Below are positions 43,223 through 52,669 of a stretch of 64,000 bases of DNA, piece after piece; within the stretch, counting starts at the first letter, position 1, and every line of letters begins with the position of its first letter. Below the pieces are notes generated by a model. The model had not been told where the DNA came from, made no database searches, and worked only from the letters and a program-made list of their open reading frames with translations. Source of the DNA: Sminthopsis crassicaudata (Eukaryota); the NCBI RefSeq assembly GCF_048593235.1, contig NC_133622.1, positions 252,344,055-252,408,054 on the forward strand. Direction: 5' to 3'. A program made the position numbers and the translations under genes.

Positions 43223-45574
43223 TTGCACTTATTCAGCTAAACTCTTCCCAGTGCCATCCATCTGGTTCCTGACTCACTCTGGAGTTTGGAGAGCAGGGGG
43301 TTTGGACTCTAGATCAAGCCCCGCCCTTCCTGTGGCACTCCGGGGTAAACCCCTGGCTCTGCTGTGCCCTATAAATAGGACCTAGCAGCCAGGACTGGGG
43401 ATTATCCTTTTCTTTCTCCAAGGAGGAAATCCTATCTCCTGAAGGTCAATCAAGCCCAGAAGAAAGAGGAGTTGCAGAACCACCCCCCTTCTCTCAGCCC
43501 CCCACCCCCACTACATGATTTAGAACTAAGTTGAGCCTTGGGAAGTGCTATCATTTATCCTCATTTTACAGATGAGGAAACTGAGGCAAACGGTAAATAG
43601 CTACTCGGTATCTGAGGTCACACTGGAATTGAGGTCCTTCTGACTCTAGGTCGGGATCCATGGGGAGGTGTCCCCACATGCTTCCAAACCCCTGTTTGCC
43701 TTGTCATCTCATTAGACAGAGAAGATGCTGTTCTGATGACCCCCCCCCTTTCCCTCCCCATCCTTCCTCTTCACCTGATTTATCTGAATGGAGGAAAATG
43801 ACATTTACAAAGGCAATCAATTCAAAGGCTGAACTGGGGGGAGGGACCAAACCTGAGATTTCCTGGAGAACTCCCAGGGAGGAGTGCAGCTGAGCACCTT
43901 CTTCTTAATCTATGATCTCTGGGAGCCTTTAGCCACTGAATGGGTGTTGCCTCTGGGAAAGACCTCCACTTAGGAGGGAAGGGCCCGGTCTCCATCCCTA
44001 ATTGTCCTGAATGATGTCTTGCCACTGGACTCAGGGGGCTCTGGAGGACAGAGGAAGGCTGGTGCCTTGCACAGCTGTGCCTCACTCACAGCCCATTCAC
44101 GTGCAAGGCAAGACATCACCCTCCTGATGTCACGGGTCCTCTTGGAGAATGAAAGAGGAACCACGAGTCAGAGAGTTGCTTAGAGCATTGAGAAGTTAAA
44201 TGACTTGCCCAGAGTCACCCAGCCAAAGATGGTGCTTGAACCCAGGTCTTCCTGCTTCTGAGATGGTTCTTTGGGTACACTGCCATCGAATTTATTGAGG
44301 GGTGTGTGTGTGTGTGTGTGTGTGAGTGTGTTTGAGTGAGAGTGTGTGAGAAAGAGACAGGCAGGTGGGCAATCGAGGGTGATAGTCAAAGACAGAAAGG
44401 GAAGAGAGAGAAGGAGACAAATGGGGAGAGCAAAGCCATGGTCAGATGTGCATTTTGGGAAAATCAGCTTGGCAGGAAGAAAGATTGGAGTGGGGAGAAA
44501 CTGAGGTAGTGGCACCAGCGGAAGGCGACAGGAGGCCTCCCATCTCCAGCCTGTTAGGACTCACCAGAACCGACAAAGTTCCTCATGAACCTCGAGTCAC
44601 CTTTACAACAAAATGAGACTAGGAGAAGCTGCTAACAACCTGCAAGCCCCAGCCTCCTGGACTGTTTGGCATTACCCCCCCTTTCCTGCTGGGAGCTGGG
44701 GAGGCTGCACCACTGGGTTCTCTTCCTCCTCTTTCTCCTCCCCTCCATCTCTCCCAGTGTCTCTGTGTTTCCACTAAGTCACCCCATTGAGGCCACTTGA
44801 AAGTCTCCATCAGTTCCTCAGTTTCCCTCACCCCACCCCATCATCAGAGAATCAGTGGCCAGATCCAAGGGCAGCTGCCCCACTCTACCTCTGGCCTTGG
44901 CCTGGGGCTCTCTAGCAGGATGAGGATAGCCTCCCCAGGCGGCCAGATGGACCTTCCTAAAGCACGGATCTGACCACTGGACTCCTCTGCTCAAGAATGG
45001 CCAGCGACTCCTTATTGCCTTTGAGAGAAGCAGCCGTTGTCCCTAGGGCACATTGCTCCTTCAGCCCCCCCCCTTTCCCAGGCTGTCCCCTTTCTCCGGG
45101 TCCTCCGGCCCCTTTGCCCAGGATGCTGCCTCCTAAACTCGGCCTCTGGGGTCCCGGCCCTCCTCCCAAGCTCTACTCAAATTGCACTTCTTGCTGCAAA
45201 CCGTCGGATCCATTATTGGTTCGTGCCATGCCTGGGCTGGGACCAAATGGAATCCGGGGTGCCTTTCCTAGCCGGTGCGCTCACCTGAGGCCGCTAGAGG
45301 GCGACACAGTGCACAAATGACTAGGCCTGGCATTAGGAGTTCCAGTACACCTTCAGACACCTGTGAGACCCTGAACAAATCACTGAATGGAATCTGCCTC
45401 AGTTTCTTCACTTCTGAAATGGGGATAATAACAACACCTCACATTTATATCCCAAGATAATCGAATAAAAAAGGTTGTTTTGTTTTTTTTTTCCATTCCA
45501 AATTCTTTAGAAGATGTAACAACAGACAAAACTGCCCAATGATCAGATATCAGGTAGGGCATAAAAAAAAAGAT

Positions 45575-46240
45575 GCACGCCCTTTTCGTAGTGGCTAGAA
45601 ACTGGAAAATTAATGGATGCCCATCCATTGGAGAATGGTTGGGTAAATTGTGGTATATGAATGTTATGGAATATTATTGTTCTGTAAGAAATGAGCAGCA
45701 GGAGGAATACAGAGAGGCTTGGAGAGACTTACATCAACTGATGCTGAGTGAAATGAGCAGAATCAGGAGATCATTATATACTGCAACAAAATACTGTATG
45801 AGGATTAATTCTGGTGGAAGTGGAAATCTTCAACAAAGAGAAGATCTAATTCAGTTTCAATTGATCAATGATGGACAGAATCAGCTACACCCAGAGAAGG
45901 AACATTGGGAAATGAGTGTAAACTGTTTGCATTTTTGTTTTTCTTCCCAGGTTATTTTTACCTTCTGAATCCAATTCTTCCTATGCCACAAGAAATTCGG
46001 CTCTGCACACATATATTGTATTTAGGATATACTATAACACATTTAACATGTATGGGACTGCCTGTCATTTAGGGGAGAGGGTAGAGGGAAGGAGGGGAAT
46101 AGAAGGGAGTGCGAGGGTCAATATTGTAAAAAATTGTAAAATTTTTTTGTAAATTTTTTGTAAAAAAAAATAATTGTAAAAAATTGTAAAAAAAAAAATA
46201 TTGTCAAAAAATGTTATAATTATAAAATTAAAAAAAAAAT
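45575..46240 (+). mobile_element. 5'-truncated marsupial L1 (ORF2 C-terminus, 3'UTR and A-tail) with probable TSD
   Basis: Translates to ALFVVARNWK..GCPSIGEWLGKLWYMNVMEYY, typical of the L1 ORF2 end. Flanks share AAAAAAAA(G)ATGCA(C/T)GC at about 45563-45580 and 46231-46246. Confidence 0.9.
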
Positions 46241-46349
46241 GCATGCTCCACAAAAGTGCTCACCCAGCACAGTGAGGGTCAAGGTGTGATTCTCTGTGGC
46301 CAGTGAGGTCCCTAGGTGTTCTCATCCAAGGCTTACATTTCATTGGTTG

Positions 46350-46860
46350 CCTTGAGCTCAAAGGGATTGCAGAGCCTCTTGGGAGAAATCCACTATCTTG
46401 TCCAGTCATCAACACAAGAAAAACCAAGTGGATGAAAATGTCTAGTGTGCAGATTTCTACATGCCTCAGAGGGTCATTCTAGAATCTGACTTGTAGTATT
46501 TGTGTCTGGGATAGACAATATGGATGGACGTGGGACTGGGCCCAGAGATGAAAAAGAGAATGAAGGGCCGCAAAGGCTGCCTTTGGGAAACTGCAAAGAA
46601 CTTTCACTCATTCCAATCTGGCTGTAAAGCTAAAGCCTGGCTTTTCAATATGTACTTTAAAAAATTAATCCATGTTCTGTGTGGCAATGAGATGTTGGGC
46701 CCTAAAGATGATGGCCACACAGATGACAATGGAAAAAGACAAGGTGGACATAAACACAAAGGAACTCAGAAAAAAGAATAGGAGTAAAGGAGGTCATCAA
46801 GGTACTGAAAGACACTAAGAGAATGTGGGATGATCACATGGCAAGAGAGAGGCCAAGAGG
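46350..46860 (+). mobile_element. Decayed RTE-type LINE fragment
   Basis: ATGGA...CTGGGCCCAGAGATGAAAAAGAGA...GGCTGCCTTTGGGAAACTG resembles the RTE ORF segment (GPE..RR....AFGKL); recalled consensus. Confidence 0.45.
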
Positions 46861-46929
46861 AGATGATGGGAGAGAGAGGAAGGCTTTTACATCAAGTGAG
46901 GAGCTTTGGGGAGGATCTGGACATGAAGC

Positions 46930-47420
46930 ACCAATCGAGAAACATCTATAAAGTGCCTTCTGTGTGCCAGGAACTACACTAAATTCTAGGGATACAAAGA
47001 AAGGGAAAAGACAGTTTCAGGCCACAAGCAGCTCACCTAATGGGGAGACAAGAAGCAAACAAAGCAAGCTAGGATAAACAGGAAATACTTAGCAGAGGGA
47101 ATGCACTGGGAATTAAGAGGGTTTATAGAAGGCAGAATTTCAGCTAAGACAAGGGAAACTGGTGAGGTCTGTGGGAAGAGATGAGGAAGAAAAAATTCCA
47201 GGTATGAGGGACAGTCTGAGAAAAAGATCTAGAGCTGGAAAATGGAGGATTTTGTTCATGGAACAGTTGGGGGACTGTTGTCACTGGAACAAAGTGTGAG
47301 GGAATAAAGTATAAAATGACTGGAAAGGTAAAGGCAATTAGGGTTATAAAAGGCTTTGAGTGCCAAACAAAGCATTTTGCATTTGGTTTGGGAGATAATA
47401 GGGACCTATAAGTTTATTTT
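46930..47420 (-). mobile_element. L2 3' end
   Basis: AAACATCTATAAAGTGCCTTCTGTGTGCCAGG...GGGATACAAAGAAAGG...TAATGGGGAGACA. Confidence 0.6.
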
Positions 47421-47509
47421 TTGTTTTGTTTTTTGTTTGTTTTAGGCAATTGGGATGAAGCGAATTGCTTAGTATTAAGCTGGTAAGTATTAAGTAGCTG
47501 AGGTTGCAT

Positions 47510-47985
47510 TTTTTTTTATTAATTTTATAATTATAACATTTTTTTCGACAGTACATATGCATAGGTAAATTTTTTTTTTTTTTTTTTTTACATTATCCCT
47601 TGTACTCCCTTCTGTTCCGAATTTTTCCCCTCCTTCCCTCCACCCCCTCCCCTAGATGGCAGGCTTTCCTATACATATTAAATATCTTACAGTATATCCT
47701 AGGTACAATATATATGTGCAAACCGAATTTTGTCGTTGTTGCTGTTGCAAAGGAAGAATTGTATTCGGAAGGTAAAAATAATCTGGGAAGAAAAACAAAA
47801 ACAGTGCTCACAGTTTACACTCATTTCCCAGTGTTCCTTCTCTGGATGTAGCAGATTCTGTCCATCATTGATCAATTGGAATTGGATTAGCTCTTCTCTA
47901 TGTTAAAGAATTCCACTTCCATCAGAATCCATCCTCATACAGTATCACTGTTGAAGTGTATAATGATCCCCTAGTTCTGCTCCTA
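47510..47985 (-). mobile_element. Second 5'-truncated L1 3' end, inverted relative to the one at 45575-46240
   Basis: The reverse complement matches the first copy, e.g. 65/68 identity over AATTGATCAATGATGGACAG...GAGTGTAAACTGT. Confidence 0.9.
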
Positions 47986-48899
47986 TAGTAGGTCCTACAT
48001 AAATGCTCATTCCCTTCCCCCAGTAACTTCGAGTTTATAGGATAGAAGCATACTGGAAACAGCACATAAGTTTATTTCTTTTTTTCTTCTCTAGTTTATC
48101 TTTAAAAATATGTGATAGTAGCTTTTAATTTTCCAAACACACGCAAAGATAGCTTTCAAAAAGTTTATTTCATGAAAGTTTTTTGGGGCAGGTCATGTCA
48201 TAAATTCAGTTCATGAAATCATTGAACAACTTCTGAAAAGCTGTTGGAATAACGTGTACAAAGGGTGGCAGTGACCCAGGAAGTTAAGACAATCCTGGTC
48301 AGAGGTTAAAGCACAGGGACGGGAGATGCTTAGATGTTGCCTCACAAAACACCAAAGCCTGTGCCAGCATCCCACAGGTAGCAAGTGGAAGGCAGCATTT
48401 GAAAACATCTCTCCCGACGCTGAACACTGAGGGGTTCCAGTAACTGAGCCGTTGTCCTTTAAGTGGAAGATCAGCCTTGGAGTCCATCGAGTCCCTCCCT
48501 CCACCCTCATTTTTAGGTGAGGAAACTGAGGCACGAGGGGTCGCGTGACCTGCCCAAGTTCACATAGGCCAGCAGGGCCTCTCCTAGTGCTTCTCCCGGT
48601 GCCGGGACCAGAAAAAGTGAGGCGAGATATGAAGAGGAAGACTTCATGAAAAGAATCACTTCCGAACACCCTGCGCCATCCTCAGAGAGGTAGTGAGCTC
48701 TCCATGGCCAGAAGTCTTCGAGTACAGGGCTAAATTGCGCCCTCGGGCCGTCATCGCAGGGGGAGGGAACTTCTGGTTCCGCCGCGGAGCCGGGCTAGAT
48801 TTAAAAGTCTCTAGTTTGCCGATTTGGTGACTGCTCGGCCTTTCCGAGCTCAGAGTTACCAAGCCGCATCTCCAGGGAACTGGAAGGAGCAGGGGGCGG

Positions 48900-49079
48900 A
48901 GGAGGGCTGTATCTGCGCATGTGCCACCCTCTCTGGCTTCTACCCTCAGTAAAGATGGAGCCGCAGCCGTTTCCGGAAGTTTCCGAAACTGCGGTTCCGG
49001 AAGTTGCCAAAACGAAGCGTTTCCGGAAGTTGCCGAGATCGTCCGGAAGGTTCCGAGAGCAGAGCATCGGAGAAGCAGG
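48900..49079 (+). promoter_or_regulatory. AIP CpG-island promoter with an NRF1-like site and a tandem ETS/GABP array
   Basis: TGCGCATGTGC at 48914-48924; TTCCGGAAGT at 48971, 48995 and 49021; TCCGGAAGG at 49042. Confidence 0.75.
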
Positions 49080-52000
49080 ATGGCGGACTTGATTAAGAAG
49101 CTGCGGGCAGAGGGCATCGAGAAGCGGGTTGTACAGGAGGGCACCGGGGAGCTGCCCGATTTCCAGGACGGGACCAAGGTACTCTCCGCCGTTCTGCGGG
49201 CCCGCTATGTGTACGGGGCGGGGGGAGGCGCCGGAGCGGGCGGCCGCGCAACCTCAGGGACCCCGTTGGCCCGTGACCGCAGCACTCACGTGCTTGCTCG
49301 CCCCGATTGGCCAGAGCTTGCCGTGGGGGCGGATCCGGGCGCGTCTGCTCCGCCCCTAGTCGTTAAACACCGCCCCTGTCGTCCTGGGCGTTGCCTGTCA
49401 TTGGTCCTCCAGCGCCGCCTTGTGGTCGAGCAGGAGGCCCCGCCCCGTGCAGGGCCAGCTGGGGACTGGGGTTTGAAGCCCAGGTTTAGGTCCTGTCCCG
49501 ATGGTCTGTGCCAGGTTCGGGAGGAATGGGCCGGCGGGACAGCTGAGCCTCAGTTTCTCGCTCCGTGAAATGGGAAGGCCGGTAGCAGCTTGTTCTCCTG
49601 CAGTACCCACGCACGGAGCGCTTTGCGGGGCGGGAAGTGCTACCCTGCTGCTGTTCTTACCGGGGTCCCCCTCGGCATCGGCCCCCCCCCCCCGCCCTCG
49701 CCCAGAGGGGCCCCACAAGAGGGCCTCCCGGGGGGGCGCGGGGACCCCCGATCTCGGGCGGCTGACCGGCTGCCCCCCCCTCCCCAGGCCACCTTCCATT
49801 TCCGGACCCTGCGCAGCGACGAGGAGGGAGCGGTCATCGATGACAGCCGCCAGCGGGGGAAGCCCATGGAGCTCATCCTGGGCAAGCAGTTCAAGCTGCC
49901 CGTGTGGGAGACCATCGTGCGCAGCATGCGGCCCGGGGAGGTGGCCGAGTTCCTGTGCGACGTCAAGGTGGGGGTAGGGAAAGAGGGAGGGGGGGCGTCA
50001 CCCCGGCGGAGATGGGCGGGAGCGCTCTGAGGTCACCAGGACCTGGAGATGGCGGGCGGCGGTCAGCGGGGTGGGGGGCGCAGACCGGATGGCGGGGCAG
50101 CGGTCTTAGAGTCCCTGGGACATGGGGGGGGGCCGGAGCGGTCAGCAGAGTGGAGACGGGACTGGAGTGGTCACTTCCGCTTAGCCCCAAGGGCCGGAGG
50201 GCTCCCCCCACCAGCGCATCCGCTGCACCGGCCTAATGGACGTAACCTCAGCATCGGCTTCTTGTGCTGGGCGCCCGGGGCCCCCTTATCCAGCTGAATC
50301 CTGGGCCCCAGGGCAGGGCCAGCTTCGCCAGGACCTTATCACAGGATCTCATGGAGGCCCGCAGCGCCACCCAGCCCTGGCCTGAAGAAAGCCGCCCCCC
50401 AGTCCCTGCCCCGGGGTCTTCTGGCCTTTCCCCAGAGCTTCCAGGAAGTGGGGACAGCCCTGGTGCGGACCTCGGGCATCACTGGGAAGCTTCTTCCTGA
50501 TGTGGAACCCAAACTTGCCTTTTTGCAACCCCTCCCCCCGGGAGCCCCCTCCCTGTGATGAGCCTCAGATTCCAAATCTGGTGGGGGGGGCAGAGGGGGC
50601 GGCACCTCCTGGACATCAGGCCTCTGGGTGTGCTGGTCCATTAGCACCTTTGGTGGCCCCCCACTTCCTCCCCCTTTTCTGGGCCCCTGGGAGAAGGCGT
50701 CCAGGCTCCACTGGTCCCCGGGCCGAAAAGCAGCCGGGCAGTGGGCAGTGAGTCTAGACCCCTCTACTCTGACCGCCTGGGGTCCCACATTCTTGGTCCT
50801 ATGTCTAGCTCTCACAGTCACAGGTCCCTCCCCGCCTGCCATCCCCTATGCCCAGCCCCCTCCCAGCTCTAACGTCTTGTTCCTCATCCACAGCACGTGG
50901 TCCTGTACCCGCTGGTATCAAAGAGTCTCCGTAACATCGCGGCGGGCAAGGACCCCCTGGAGGGCCAGCGGCATTGCTGCGGCATCGCCCAGATGCAGGA
51001 GCACAGCTCCCTGGGCCACGCCGACCTGGACGAGCTGCAGCAGCGCCCCCAGCCCCTCATCTTCCACATAGAAATGATCAAGGTGAGGCTCAAGGGGACG
51101 CCCTGGGAGGCACCGGCTGGGGGATGCCCCCAGGGGCATTGGATGGCCCATGTTCCAAGACCCCCCAGCTGTGATGTTCCGTGTTCTCACGGCCCCTTGT
51201 AGCATGGATGGTCTATGTTTGTTCTCTCTCTCTAGTTATATACATGTGTAGATGCCCCCTCACAGCTGCCATGCTCTAAGGCCCCCAGGTTCTAACGGTC
51301 CATGTTCCAAGGCCCCCCAGCTCTGATGTTCCCTTTTCTCACGCCCCCTTGCGGCTCGGATGGCCCTCGTCCTGAGGCCCCTCCCAGCCTGGATGGTCTG
51401 CGTTCCAGGGCCCCGCTCTGACCCCGGAGAGGATGGCACGGGAGGGTCTCCTCCGTGGGAATGCCCTCGTCCTTGTTCCGGGCCTCGATGCCCTCTCGAG
51501 CTGTGACCCCGCCCCCTGTGCCCGCAGGTCGAGGCTCCGGGCACGTACCAGCAGGACCCGTGGGCCATGAGCGACGAGGAGAAGATGAAGGCTGTCCCCC
51601 TGATCCACGAGGAGGGCAACCGCCTATACCGGGAGGGGCGCATCAAGGAGGCCTCCGTCAAGTACTACGACGCCATCGCCTGCCTCAAGAACCTGCAGAT
51701 GAAGGTGGGGGCCCGGAGAGGGGCCCCGGGCGGCCCTGGCCCCCGGGCGCCTCGCTGACGCCCCCTCTCTGCCCGCCCCCAGGAGCAGCCCGGCTCTGCC
51801 GACTGGATCCAGCTGGACCTGCAGATCACGCCGCTGCTGCTCAACTACTGCCAGTGCAAGCTGGTGGCCCAGGAGTACTACGAGGTTCTGGATCACTGCT
51901 CCTCCATCCTCAATAAGTACGAGGGTGAGTGCGGGGCGGCCGGGGGAGGGGCACTGAGGAGGGGGTGGGGAGAAGAGGCCCCGCCCCTCCCCTCACCCCC

Positions 52001-52221
52001 TGCGCACTTCTCCCACAGACAACGTGAAGGCCTATTTCAAGCGGGGCAAGGCCCATGCGGCCGTGTGGAACGCGCAGGAGGCGCAGGCCGACTTCGCCAA
52101 AGTGCTGCAGCTGCAGCCGGCGCTGGGCCCGGTGGTGAGCCGCGAGCTGCGGGAGCTGCAGCAGCGGCTGCGCCAGAAGGACCTGGAGGACAAGGCCCGC
52201 TTCCAGGGCATCTTCTCGTGA
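49080..52221 (+). CDS. AIP: Aryl hydrocarbon receptor-interacting protein, 329 aa
   Basis: Exons 49080-49178, 49788-49967, 50894-51082, 51528-51704, 51783-51924, 52019-52221 sum to 990 nt, in frame. FKBP-like N-domain ([17 protein letters not shown]), three TPRs ([10 protein letters not shown]) and C-terminus ARFQGIFS. Confidence 0.97.
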
Positions 52222-52444
52222 CCCGCCCCGCCCCCCGCATAAATCTCGTATTTATCTGCCCTCCCGAGTCCGGCCTCTCTGTGCCCGCGGGGGGTGGGGG
52301 GAGGGCCTGGGTGCGAATTCCGGCTCAGCCGCTCACTCTGGCGCCCCCTCTCGTGGGGTCCTTCCTGGGGGCCTGGGAGGGAGGGGGCGGCGGGACCCTG
52401 CGGGCCGGCACCACAGAGCACGCTACGCCACGTCGGGGTGGGGG

Positions 52445-52450
52445 TTTAAT
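52445..52450 (-). terminator. PITPNM1 poly(A) signal (ATTAAA)
   Basis: TTTAAT on +, about 220 nt past the stop. Confidence 0.65.
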
Positions 52451-52669
52451 GTTCACAGTTTCACACGTAGTGGAAGCCTGGGGGCCGCCCCCTCCCCCGC
52501 GGTCCCCTCACATTCAAGGGATTTGTAACACATTGACTGGGAATGGGGGGTGGGAGACACAGAATCGAAGGGCACGCGCGGGGGCGGAGTCTGGGGAGGT
52601 GGGCACAGGGCCGGCCCCCCGGGGCGGGGCCGGGGATCGTCCATCCGCGAGCAGGTCCCTGGGGGCGGG

